The notes under the pieces are model-generated. The model worked only from the letters and a program-made list of their open reading frames with translations. It was not told the origin of the DNA and ran no database searches. A stretch of 64,000 nt of DNA from an uncultured Candidatus Binatia bacterium. Its GTDB lineage: Bacteria > Desulfobacterota > Binatia > UBA9968 > JAJDTQ01. The stretch's first letter is position 1. Each line of letters starts with the position of its first letter. Made by a program: the position numbers and the translations under genes. Below, piece by piece: positions 8,187-17,466 of the stretch. The DNA is taken from the NCBI GenBank assembly GCA_965242525.1, contig OZ251459.1:1184001-1248000 (forward strand), written 5' to 3'.

Positions 8187-8873
8187 CTACGGGGCGGCGT
8201 CCTTGCCGGACAGGCCTTCCAGCTTCTGCATCCGCAGGGCGATCTCGACGGTTTCGCCTTCCGGAAATTCCTTGAGGTATGCGCCATAGGCGGCCAACGC
8301 CTCCTGCGGCTTGCCCAGGCGCATGGCGCAACGGGCCTTGCCGAGCATGGCTTCCTGCCGCAACGGTCCCTGGTGGTCGAGAGCCAGGCTCAGGGACCGG
8401 ACCGCGTCTTCGCAGGAGCCGTTCATCTCCTGGGCCAGACCGAGGGCCACGAGCCTGACTTGGCCCAGGAACCCGCTGCCGGTGTTTCCAGGGCCGGATT
8501 GCAGGGCCGCCACCGCTTCCGCGGGCCGATCCAGGGCCATGTGGCTGTTGGCGAGGTAGAGGTCGGCGAGGGCGTCGTACGGCGGCTCGCCCCGGGCCCG
8601 GAGGCCCTCGAAGGATTCCAGGGCGGCTTCGTACCGCCCTTCCCGATATTCCCGAAGCGCTTTGTCGTAGTCCCGAGCCGCCAAGTCCCGCCGGTAGCCG
8701 CGGTAGTACTGCCAACCCGAGAACGCAGCCGCTGCCACCACTGCCGCGACCGCGACCGCGGTCAATTGCGTTCGGTAAGCCAGGAGCCGGTCCAGGCACT
8801 GCCGGACCAGCAACATGAAACGGTCCGGCTGCCGGAACTCCTTGCGCAGGATGCGTCTTCTCCCCGCGGCCAT
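8187..8873 (-). CDS. Membrane-anchored tetratricopeptide repeat protein (YfgM-like)
   Basis: N-terminal RKEFRQPDRF, single TM helix, TPR-like helices (YEAALESF, ALAAYGAYLKEFP). Confidence 0.75.
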   Translation of the reverse strand: MAAGRRRILRKEFRQPDRFMLLVRQCLDRLLAYRTQLTAVAVAAVVAAAAFSGWQYYRGYRRDLAARDYDKALREYREGRYEAALESFEGLRARGEPPYDALADLYLANSHMALDRPAEAVAALQSGPGNTGSGFLGQVRLVALGLAQEMNGSCEDAVRSLSLALDHQGPLRQEAMLGKARCAMRLGKPQEALAAYGAYLKEFPEGETVEIALRMQKLEGLSGKDAAP

Positions 8874-8903
8874 GGATGCGGTTTCTCCGTTCCTTCCCTG
8901 CAC

Positions 8904-9422
8904 TTACATCTTGTACTTGAAGTCGTCGGGCGACATCTTGTCCAGGATCTCGCCCCACTTCTCCTTGGACACGTTGGCGAAGTCCGGATCCTTCCCCTCT
9001 TCCGTCTGTTGCAGGACGCTCGACTGCTCCAGCACCTCCTTGGCCACGTAGATGGGCGTCTTGCTGCGCAGCGCCATGGCGATGGCGTCGCTCGGACGCG
9101 AGTCCATGGCCACCTCCCGGTCGCCCACCTCCAGGGTGATGACCGCGTAGTAGGTGTTCTCCTTCAACTCGGTGATGGCCACCCTCTTCACCGTGCCGCC
9201 GAGTTCCGACAGCACGTTCTTGAAGAGGTCATGGGTCATGGGGCGCGCCATCCGGATGCCTTCCAGCTCCGTGGCCATGGCCGTGGCCTCCAGCAGCCCG
9301 ATCCAGATGGGTAGCTGGAGCTTGTTCTCGGAGTCCTTCAGGACCACGATGGGGGTCCGGGTCACCTGGTCGAGAGTCAGTCCCGCCACGGTCATCTCAA
9401 TAGCGTCAGGACCCTTCATCAC
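8904..9422 (-). CDS. Bifunctional nuclease family protein (DUF151)
   Basis: LPIWIGLLEA, RPMTHDL, DSRPSDAIAMALR motifs. Confidence 0.92.
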   Translation of the reverse strand: MMKGPDAIEMTVAGLTLDQVTRTPIVVLKDSENKLQLPIWIGLLEATAMATELEGIRMARPMTHDLFKNVLSELGGTVKRVAITELKENTYYAVITLEVGDREVAMDSRPSDAIAMALRSKTPIYVAKEVLEQSSVLQQTEEGKDPDFANVSKEKWGEILDKMSPDDFKYKM

Positions 9423-10753
9423 ATGATCTCCCTTGCTTCCGTCGCCTCCCCCACCAGCGAGTTGGGCGTAGCGTCCACCACGCGCACCCGGGCCATGTCC
9501 CCGGGCGCGGTGGAACCGCGGGGGGCGAAATTGACGATCCGGTTGGTCCTCGTGCGGCCCATGAGCTGGCGCCTGCCCAGCCGGGACGGCCCTTCCACCA
9601 GGACCTCCTGCTCCGTGCCGACCAGGCGCCGGTTCTTCTCCAGGGCTATCCCCTGCTGCAACTCCTGCAACCTCCGATGGCGGCGCTCCTTGACCTCGTC
9701 CGGGACGTCGTCGTCATGGATCCTGGCCGCCACGGTGCGGGGGCGCGGCGAGTAGGTGAACAGGAACATGTCGTCGTACTCGACCTCCCGGACCGCGGCC
9801 AGCGTCTCCTCGAACTCCGCCTCGGTCTCGCCCGGGAACCCCACGATCATGTCCGTGGAGACGGCAACCTCCGGCCTGCGCTTGCGCAACCCTTCGATCC
9901 GGTCCCGGTATTCGCTCAGCCGGTAGCCCCGGCGCATGCGCGCCAACACCGAGTCGGAGCCGGATTGCAGCGGCAGATGGAGATGCTCGCACAGGTTCTC
10001 CAACCGGACGAAGGCTTCCACCAGCTCCTGCGACAGGTCCTGGGGATGCGAGGTGGTGAAGCGGATCCGCCGGATTCCGGGAACCCGGTTGACGCGCTCC
10101 AGCAACTCCGGGAACGACACCTCCCCTTCCACGGTCCGGCCGTAGGAGTTGACGTTCTGGCCCAGGAGCATCACCTCCTTGACGCCCCGGGCCGCGAGCT
10201 CCTCCACGTCTCGAACGACGTTGGCGCTCGGCCGGCTCACCTCGCGACCGCGCACCCGGGGGACGATGCAGAAGCTGCACACCTTGTCGCACCCCTGCAT
10301 GATGGTGACCCGGGCCCTGGCGCCGTCGGTCTCGGGCATCCCCGAGGGGTCCTCCAGGTAGAAGGGGTCGCGGTAGAAGGCGGTTTCCACCGAACGGCGA
10401 GCGGCCTCCCGGGCGTCTGCGACCATCTGCGGCAGCTTGTGCATGTTGTGGGTGCCCAGGACCAGGTCCAGGTGCGGCGCGCGCCGCAGCAACGCCTCCC
10501 CTTCCTGCTGCGCGACGCAGCCGCTCACCCCCAGGACGACGCCCTTCTCTTCCTTCAGCCTGCGCCACCGGCCCAGAGCGCTATAGACCTTCTGCTCGGC
10601 CTTGTCCCGCACGCTGCACGTGTTCAGGATGATGAGGTCGGCGTCCTCGGCGCGGTGGGTGGGCTCGTAGTCCTCGGACTTCATGAGCTGCACGATCCTG
10701 GCCGAGTCGAGCTGGTTCATCTGGCAGCCATAGGTCTGGACGTAGAGCTTCAT
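9419..10753 (-). CDS. miaB: tRNA-2-methylthio-N6-dimethylallyladenosine synthase
   Basis: TYGCQMN, NTCSVRDKAE, radical SAM CDKVCSFC, C-terminal TRAM domain. Confidence 0.96.
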   Translation of the reverse strand: MKLYVQTYGCQMNQLDSARIVQLMKSEDYEPTHRAEDADLIILNTCSVRDKAEQKVYSALGRWRRLKEEKGVVLGVSGCVAQQEGEALLRRAPHLDLVLGTHNMHKLPQMVADAREAARRSVETAFYRDPFYLEDPSGMPETDGARARVTIMQGCDKVCSFCIVPRVRGREVSRPSANVVRDVEELAARGVKEVMLLGQNVNSYGRTVEGEVSFPELLERVNRVPGIRRIRFTTSHPQDLSQELVEAFVRLENLCEHLHLPLQSGSDSVLARMRRGYRLSEYRDRIEGLRKRRPEVAVSTDMIVGFPGETEAEFEETLAAVREVEYDDMFLFTYSPRPRTVAARIHDDDVPDEVKERRHRRLQELQQGIALEKNRRLVGTEQEVLVEGPSRLGRRQLMGRTRTNRIVNFAPRGSTAPGDMARVRVVDATPNSLVGEATEAREIM

Positions 10754-10969
10754 CGGGCGAGCCGTTCCGCGAAGCGACGCCGCACGTTGCGGCGCGACGC
10801 TTTCCATGCAACCACAGTATCCCACATATCCGGGTGTTTCGCTATCGCCTGTTGCCCCCTCCTTCGGGAAGCGTGACTTTTCGTTACCCAACTGACGAAA
10901 AGTCTTGACTTTTCATCAGTTGCCTGAAAAATAGTCGGCCGTATCCCCGTTCGCCAAACACGAACTTCA

Positions 10970-11101
10970 GGAATCTCTGAACAATCGGGACAGGAAGCAT
11001 GAACACGTCCTTCGACTCCGCTTCGCTACGCTCAGTATGAACGGGGATAGGGGTCAGGGTGAGGGAATCCATGCTCCATGTCTCGATTGTTCAGATGTTC
11101 C
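10970..11101. mobile_element. MITE-like element (132 bp) with 23-bp TIRs and 4-bp TSD, carrying a family A REP
   Basis: TIRs GGAATCTCTGAACAATCGGGACA / GGAACATCTGAACAATCGAGACA (20/23); flanking direct repeat TTCA at 10966-10969 and 11102-11105; homologous copy at 29575-29724. Confidence 0.75.
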
Positions 11102-11151
11102 TTCAAGCGGTTCCTCGCCGCGGAAACTGGAGGACCGCGTTGGCGCCCGGG

Positions 11152-11808
11152 TCAACGGGAAGCGTATTCGGAAAGGAGGCTGTCGCAGGACGAGAAGTCG
11201 GTGAGGGTGCGCAGGCAGGCGAAGGTCTCGAAGTCCAGGGGCAGCCTCCGGTCACGCCAGAGCAGCAGCGCGTCCTCGGGGACCTGCCAGGCGAACCCCG
11301 GGGCGCGGACGCGCTCGGGGACCCGGACGAGGAAGAAAACCGTGGTAACGCCGGAAACCGGGTCCAGCCACCTGCAGAACAGGAGCAGGCGGCTCAGGTC
11401 CCGTTGCAGGTCCCGCCGGGCGACGAACCCCGCAAGACCGGCAGCGTCGCCGATGGCCCGCCGCTCCCGGACGGGCACCGTCCTCGAGACGGGAACGCGC
11501 TCGGCGCCCTCCACCGCAAGGAGGACCCCGGTGGCGGCGAGCAGAACCCTGGCTCCCGCGGCCCAGAAACCCAGGGCGCGAGCCGGCGCCATGCCGCGGC
11601 CCAGGCGCCGTTGCGCTTCGCCGCCCGTCAGTCCGCGGCAGCGCTCCAGCACCGAAGCGGAGCGGTCCTCCTCCTCCACACGGCCCTCGGGAAGGAACCC
11701 GCCGCCCTCTTCCGCGTCGGCTGCGACCGCGTCCGACCGCAGCAGCGCCTGGATGCCGAAGCGGCGGCTGTCCCGCACGCACACCAGCGCCGCCCGGTCG
11801 CCGGTCAC
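11152..11808 (-). CDS. NUDIX-fold protein (NUDT19-like) with degenerate Nudix box
   Basis: GTG start overlaps hom stop; FLPEGRVEEED...AAGARVLLAATGVLLA, RW..P, FFL, W..PEDAL resemble NUDT19-like hydrolases but the REuxEE residues are absent. Confidence 0.6.
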   Translation of the reverse strand: MTGDRAALVCVRDSRRFGIQALLRSDAVAADAEEGGGFLPEGRVEEEDRSASVLERCRGLTGGEAQRRLGRGMAPARALGFWAAGARVLLAATGVLLAVEGAERVPVSRTVPVRERRAIGDAAGLAGFVARRDLQRDLSRLLLFCRWLDPVSGVTTVFFLVRVPERVRAPGFAWQVPEDALLLWRDRRLPLDFETFACLRTLTDFSSCDSLLSEYASR

Positions 11809-13184
11809 CCCTCCCATATGGGCAGCCACAGGGGTTCGGTCAGCACGAACTCCTTTTGCACGATCCGTTCCAGGGCCTGCCGCAACTGGCCCATGCGCGC
11901 CTCTTCCAGCGTGATCACGAAGGGAAGGATCTCGTGGGGGCCGGCGTCGTTCCCCGGCGCCGCCGGGCAAAGGCCTTGCAGCTCTTCCCCGGTGTGCGGG
12001 AGTTGCCAGATCTCGGAGACGTTGATTCCCTCCTCGCCGAAGATCCGGCACAACTCGCCGACGATGCCGCTCTCGTCCCGCACCACGAAGCGCACGTAGA
12101 AGCGGGCCCTCAGGTCGTCTTCCGCCCGGACCGAGCGCACGTCGGAGACGATGCTTTCCACCGGCAGGAAGGGCTCGGCCCCGGAGCGGGTCACGAGCTC
12201 GTGGACGTCCCCCAGGACGGCCACCGCGGTGGCCCCTCCCCCGGCCCCCGGGCCCGCGAAGACGTAGTCCCAGTCGCCTCCCTCGGGGGAGCCCCCGTCG
12301 CTGACCTCGCCCTTGAAGAAGACCGCGTTGGTGACCCCGCGGATGTGCGCGAGGAAATGGCTCCCGGGCACCACCATCGGGGTCACCATGGCCTCCAGGA
12401 CGCCGCCGACGCTCCGGGCCAGGGCTACCGACTTGATGGTGCTGTGGCCCTTCCGCGCCGCGTAGAGGAAGTCGATGGCGTGGATGCCCTCGATGCCCTT
12501 GCGGTGGACCGCGCCGACCTCCAGCCGCGCGCCGAAGGTGATGGACGACAGCAGCAGCAGTTTGGCTTCGGCGTCGCGGCCGCTCACGTCCGCGTCGGGG
12601 TCGGCCTCGGCGTAACCCAGGGCCTGGGCCGACGCCAGGGCGTCGCCGTAGGACCTGCCCCGTTGCGCCATCTCCGTCAGTATGTAGTTGCAGGTGCCGT
12701 TGACCAAGCCATAGACGGCCGCGGGCCGCTCGGCGCTGAGCCTCTGGGTCAGCGGGCCGATGACGGGGATGCCGCCGCCCACGCAGGCCTCGAAGCGGAC
12801 GGCTTGGCCGCATTCCCGGGCCGCGGTCCAGATATCCTCCCCGTGGGCCACCAGCAGCGCCTTGTTGGCGGTGACCACCGGCTTGCCGTGGCGCAGGGCT
12901 TCCACCACCCAGTCCTTCTGGGCGCGCAGGTCCTCGGGACCGCCGGCCCCCAGCACCTCCACCACGATGTCCGCGTCCGGGCGGCGGACCACTTCCATGG
13001 GGTCCGCGGTGAAGAGATCCGGCGAGGCCCGATGCCTCTCCTTTCCCTCGGGGGTCCGGGTGAACACCTTGACCACCCGGGCCTCGATGCCGAAACGCGC
13101 CAAGTGGCCGTCCACGATCAGGTCGTGGACCGCGGCGCCGACTGTACCGGCGCCGAGTATGCCGATGCGGACCGGGGACGCCAT
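11805..13184 (-). CDS. hom: Homoserine dehydrogenase with C-terminal ACT domain
   Basis: GILGAGTVG, VVTANKAL, FEACVGGGIP, NGTCNYIL, GYAEADP, GPGAGGGATA. Confidence 0.95.
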   Translation of the reverse strand: MASPVRIGILGAGTVGAAVHDLIVDGHLARFGIEARVVKVFTRTPEGKERHRASPDLFTADPMEVVRRPDADIVVEVLGAGGPEDLRAQKDWVVEALRHGKPVVTANKALLVAHGEDIWTAARECGQAVRFEACVGGGIPVIGPLTQRLSAERPAAVYGLVNGTCNYILTEMAQRGRSYGDALASAQALGYAEADPDADVSGRDAEAKLLLLSSITFGARLEVGAVHRKGIEGIHAIDFLYAARKGHSTIKSVALARSVGGVLEAMVTPMVVPGSHFLAHIRGVTNAVFFKGEVSDGGSPEGGDWDYVFAGPGAGGGATAVAVLGDVHELVTRSGAEPFLPVESIVSDVRSVRAEDDLRARFYVRFVVRDESGIVGELCRIFGEEGINVSEIWQLPHTGEELQGLCPAAPGNDAGPHEILPFVITLEEARMGQLRQALERIVQKEFVLTEPLWLPIWEG

Positions 13185-13191
13185 GGCCACG

Positions 13192-14370
13192 CTATTCCGG
13201 GAGCGCGCCCATGACCTTGCGGATGGTCCGCACCGCCTGCCGGGTACGGTGCTCGTTCTCGATCAGGGCGAAGCGGACGTGCTGGTCGCCGTACTGGCCG
13301 AAGCCGATGCCGGGGGACACCGCCACCTTGGCCTCGTTGAGCAGGAACTTGGAGAACTCCACCGAGCCCATGGAGCGGTAGGGCGCCGGGATCTCGGCCC
13401 AGACGAACATGGTGGCGCGGGGCTTGCGGATCATCCAGTTGACCCGGGAGAGGCCCTCCACCAGCACGTCCCGCCGGCTGCGGTAGGTCTCGCAGATGTC
13501 CCGCACCGGGTCGTCCGGGCCGTTCAGGGCGTGGATGGCCGCGATCTGCACCGGCTGGAAGATGCCGTAGTCCAGGTAGCTCTTCATGCGCGCCAGGGCG
13601 TGGATCATGGTGGCGTTGCCCACCGCGAACCCTACCCGCCAACCCGGCATGCTGTAGCTCTTGGACATGGTGAAGAACTCCACCCCCACGTCCTTGGCCC
13701 CCGGCGCCTGGAGGAAGCTGGGAGGCCGGTAGCCGTCGAACGTCAGGTCGGCGTAGGCCAGGTCGTGGATCACCAGGATATCATGGGCCTTGGCGAAGCT
13801 CACGATGCGCTCGAAGAAATCCAGGTCCACCACCTCGGTGGTGGGGTTGTGGGGGAAGTTCAGGATCAGGAGCTTGGGCCGGGGCCACGTCTGCTTGATG
13901 GCCTCCTCCAGGTGCGTCAGGAACCCCTCGCTGGAGACCAGCGGGATGCTGCGCAGGTCGCCCCCGGCGATGACCACCGAATACTGGTGGATGGGATAGG
14001 TGGGGCTCGGACACAGGACCACGTCCCCGGCATCGATCATGGCCAGCACCAGGTGCGCCAGCCCTTCCTTGGAGCCGATGGTGACGATGGCCTCGTCGTC
14101 CGGGTCGATGGCCACCCCGTACCGCCGCCGGTACCAGTCGGCGATGGCCACCCGCAGCTTGTAGATGCCCCGGGAGACCGAGTACCGATGGTTCTGGGGC
14201 TTCTGCACCGCCTCCAGCAGCTTGTCCACCACGGGCGCCGGCGTCGGCATGTCGGGGTTGCCCATGCCGAAATCGACGATGTCCTCTCCCCTTCTCCGGG
14301 CTTCCTGCTTCAAGTCGTTGATGATGTTGAAGACGTAGGGCGGAAGTCTCTTGATCCGGTTGAACTCCAC
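13192..14370 (-). CDS. alaC: PLP-dependent class I aminotransferase, AlaC-type
   Basis: [53 protein letters not shown]; located upstream of hom. Confidence 0.85.
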   Translation of the reverse strand: MEFNRIKRLPPYVFNIINDLKQEARRRGEDIVDFGMGNPDMPTPAPVVDKLLEAVQKPQNHRYSVSRGIYKLRVAIADWYRRRYGVAIDPDDEAIVTIGSKEGLAHLVLAMIDAGDVVLCPSPTYPIHQYSVVIAGGDLRSIPLVSSEGFLTHLEEAIKQTWPRPKLLILNFPHNPTTEVVDLDFFERIVSFAKAHDILVIHDLAYADLTFDGYRPPSFLQAPGAKDVGVEFFTMSKSYSMPGWRVGFAVGNATMIHALARMKSYLDYGIFQPVQIAAIHALNGPDDPVRDICETYRSRRDVLVEGLSRVNWMIRKPRATMFVWAEIPAPYRSMGSVEFSKFLLNEAKVAVSPGIGFGQYGDQHVRFALIENEHRTRQAVRTIRKVMGALPE

Positions 14371-14480
14371 TGTCGATACCTCTCGTCCCTTCCGGCCCGG
14401 CGTGTCCGCGGGGGGCGTGGGTCGCAGGCTTGCGGGCCGCGGCGTTCCCCTCTCGCCATCGGCGACAGACAGGATGGTTG

Positions 14481-14509
14481 ACTATAAGCCATCGGCCCCG
14501 CCGGTGCAA
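14481..14509 (-). promoter_or_regulatory. Candidate sigma70 promoter of the alaC-hom operon
   Basis: Minus strand TTGCAC-N17-TATAGT about 110 nt upstream of alaC. Confidence 0.6.
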
Positions 14510-14781
14510 ATCCCGGGCAATTTTTCTCTTGACATCAAACTGAACTGCGGGCTACAAGATCGACGCCTGGGACGAGCCATCGACCATTACCCTCATAAAG
14601 CACATCACCGACGAGTTCGGCGCAATCGTGCCCGCCGACGAAACCCTTTCGGTTCGCCATGTCGCCATGATTGCAGCCTGCCTGCTCAGCGACCCCACCG
14701 GCCGTATATGCGGCAAAACCATCGACCTCGGTCGAAACGCGTAAAGTAACCCCGGTCAAGCCGGAGTGTGAGGCTATAACC

Positions 14782-16707
14782 ATGAAACACGTTGCTGCTT
14801 TCTTGCTCTTGATCTTGTGTGCCACAGCCTTTCAGAAGAGCGCTGAGGCGGAAACTGCTGCTACCCATCCGTCTCTTCGCGAGGCGGATCTGCCGCCATT
14901 GATCCAAGCAAAGGAATTCTACACGGGTCATCACAACAGTTACGGACACCAGCTTTCTCCCGACGGGGAGAGGCTTGCCTGGTTTGAAAGGGTCAAGGGC
15001 AAGCACAAACTCCGTGTTCGGGTGCTCAAAAACGGTCATGCGGTCACAATGAATCATCCCACAGCGGTGTTGCAGTTCCACTGGGCTCTCGATAGCAGGC
15101 ACCTGCTATTGTTTGCGATCCGACGACTAGCCCTCCACTTGTTCCTCTCCGATACGGATTCGCCTCAAAGGCAACCCCGCGACCTCATGCCATTCGAAAA
15201 AGTAAATGTCAAATCCATTATCACTCTTCCAGCCAAACCTGATTTGATTTTAGTCCAATCGGATCTGCGCACACGCAACACCTTCGACCTGTATGAGATC
15301 GATCTGAAGACCGGCGTCTACAAGTTGCGGGCGACTGATCCCGGAAGTGTCTGGCGTTGGATCGTCAACGATAAGGGTCACATCCTGGGTCGGCTCCAAC
15401 GTGAGGTCGATGGCGGATGGAGGGTCCGAGCGCCCGCTGGGGCGGCTAGCTGGGCGACAGTGTTAACCGGCGAATTTGCGGACGCCATAAACATCTTCCA
15501 GAGCGCCCCCAATGGAACATCCAAGGTTTATATGCTAACCAGCGGGGAACAAGACAAACGTATTCTTATGACTCTGGACCTCAGCACAAGTGAACAGGAG
15601 GTGATCGCAGAGCGACCAGATGTAGATATTTCCAGTGTTTTTATGGACCCCATAACCTATAAACCTTTGGTGGTTCTGTATGACGACGGTCTTCCCCGCT
15701 ATCATTACTTCGACAGGAAGCTGCAAGAGGATATGGAGCAGATTCTGGGGCCGGAACCGATGCTCTATCATATTTCGAGCGGCAATCGAGACCATATGCG
15801 CCTTACGATCCAGACGGAAACGGATCGATCAGGAAAAACGATCTATATCATCGATCGACGATCCGGAACGAAGGAACTGCTGGAGGCCCATCCGCTTGAA
15901 GGATACGAGGAGATTCTGTCACCCACGCGTCCTATACGTTTCAAGGCGCGAGACGGCCTTTCAATCAGCGGTTACCTGACGATACCGGAAGGCACCGACG
16001 GCAAGCGCTTGCCCATGGTCCTCAAGGTCCACAGCGGTCCTTGGCTGCGAGATTATTGGAGGTTCGATACCGACACACAGTTTCTCGCCAACCGAGGCTA
16101 TGCCGTGCTTGAAGTAAACTTCAGAGGCTCCGGCGGCTTCGGCAAATCCTTCATGGAGAAAGGGTACAGGGAGCTGGGGGGCAAGATGCAGGATGACTTG
16201 ATTGATGCGATGGATTGGGCGGTTGCGGAGGGGTATGTGGACCCCGAGAAGGTCGCCATCTACGGCCACAGCTATGGTGGTTATGCGGCGCTCGTCGGAC
16301 TGACTAAGACACCCGGGAAGTTCGCCGCAGGCATCAGCGTAGCGGGTTTTTCCGATCTGGTCTCTCTGATGAGCGCCCTCCGTAGGAAATCGGCACGGTG
16401 GACCCACTTCGCTGCCGACCCTGACGATTCCGATGGACGCAGAGAGCTCATGGATCGATCTCCCATCACCCACGTCCACCGGGTCGAACGCCCCTTGTTG
16501 ATCGTCCACGGCACCAAGGACATAAGGGTTTCGAAGGAGCACTCGGACCGGTTCGTCGAGAAGCTCCGCGACAAGGACATCCCGGTTGAGTACTTGGTTT
16601 TCCGTGACGAGGGACACCGCATACGCAAGAGCAAGAACCGCATCGAGTTCGCAAGGTGGCTGGAGACCTTCCTCGCCGAACACCTGGGCGGGCGCGTGGG
16701 ACGGTAG
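14782..16707 (+). CDS. Secreted S9 family (prolyl oligopeptidase/acylaminoacyl) peptidase
   Basis: Signal peptide MKHVAAFLLLILCATAF; LANRGYAVLEVNFRGS, GHSYGG nucleophile, HGTKDIRV, DEGH; visibly lower GC than flanks. Confidence 0.92.
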   Translation: MKHVAAFLLLILCATAFQKSAEAETAATHPSLREADLPPLIQAKEFYTGHHNSYGHQLSPDGERLAWFERVKGKHKLRVRVLKNGHAVTMNHPTAVLQFHWALDSRHLLLFAIRRLALHLFLSDTDSPQRQPRDLMPFEKVNVKSIITLPAKPDLILVQSDLRTRNTFDLYEIDLKTGVYKLRATDPGSVWRWIVNDKGHILGRLQREVDGGWRVRAPAGAASWATVLTGEFADAINIFQSAPNGTSKVYMLTSGEQDKRILMTLDLSTSEQEVIAERPDVDISSVFMDPITYKPLVVLYDDGLPRYHYFDRKLQEDMEQILGPEPMLYHISSGNRDHMRLTIQTETDRSGKTIYIIDRRSGTKELLEAHPLEGYEEILSPTRPIRFKARDGLSISGYLTIPEGTDGKRLPMVLKVHSGPWLRDYWRFDTDTQFLANRGYAVLEVNFRGSGGFGKSFMEKGYRELGGKMQDDLIDAMDWAVAEGYVDPEKVAIYGHSYGGYAALVGLTKTPGKFAAGISVAGFSDLVSLMSALRRKSARWTHFAADPDDSDGRRELMDRSPITHVHRVERPLLIVHGTKDIRVSKEHSDRFVEKLRDKDIPVEYLVFRDEGHRIRKSKNRIEFARWLETFLAEHLGGRVGR

Positions 16708-16741
16708 TGTGGAATGGGTGGTCTCTCGACCGAACGGAACG

Positions 16742-17020
16742 CTAGGGAAAGAACACCAGCTTGACCAGCAACGCCAGAATGGCCGGCACGGCGCTGAATA
16801 CCGCCATCTTCAGGGTAGTCAGGTCGTGCCTGAGCACGGTGAGGTCTCCCCGGAGCACGGTGAAGTCTCCCCGGAGCGCGGCGATGTCGTCCTTGAGCAA
16901 GGCAACATCGTCCTTGGTGGCGAGCCACTCGACCACCGGAATCGCTCCGGCCGCGGCCCTGGCCTTCTCCTCGGAGGTCCCGGCTTCGATCAGCGCGTCA
17001 TAGACTTCCGAAACGATCAT
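16742..17020 (-). CDS. Small coiled-coil protein with C-terminal membrane anchor (DUF1640/CCDC90-like), copy 1
   Basis: YDALIEAG..EEKARAAA head, LATKDD neck, heptads, hydrophobic tail; paralog of the adjacent gene. Confidence 0.75.
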   Translation of the reverse strand: MIVSEVYDALIEAGTSEEKARAAAGAIPVVEWLATKDDVALLKDDIAALRGDFTVLRGDLTVLRHDLTTLKMAVFSAVPAILALLVKLVFFP

Positions 17021-17040
17021 GCCATTACGTCCCCGGAACG

Positions 17041-17304
17041 CTAGGGAAAGAAGACCAGCTTGACCAGCAGCCCCAGAAGGGCCGGCACCGAGCTGAATAC
17101 CACCATCTTCAGGGAAGCCAAATCGTGCCGGAGCACGGTGAAGTCTCCCCGGAGCGCGGCGATGTCGTCTTTGAGCAGGGCAACATCGTCCTTGGTGGCG
17201 AGCCACTCGACCACCGGAATCGCGCCGGCCGCGGCCCTGGCCTTCTCCTCGGAGGTCCCGGCTTCGATCAGCGCATCATAGACTTCCGAAACGATCATGC
17301 CCAT
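17041..17304 (-). CDS. Small coiled-coil protein with C-terminal membrane anchor (DUF1640/CCDC90-like), copy 2
   Basis: Near-identical to 16742-17020 but one heptad shorter; GGAGAGG RBS. Confidence 0.78.
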   Translation of the reverse strand: MGMIVSEVYDALIEAGTSEEKARAAAGAIPVVEWLATKDDVALLKDDIAALRGDFTVLRHDLASLKMVVFSSVPALLGLLVKLVFFP

Positions 17305-17466
17305 TACGTCCTCTCCAAAGCTCTTCCAGCCGAAGGCCGTATCCTGGATACATGGCACCAGAAACGATGGTTGTCAAACTCGACCCGCCGGGTCCGAGTC
17401 TCGCAGGAACCGGCGAGTCTCATGGATCCCCTTTATGGATACCTGTCGGACGCAGGAACGAAATCC

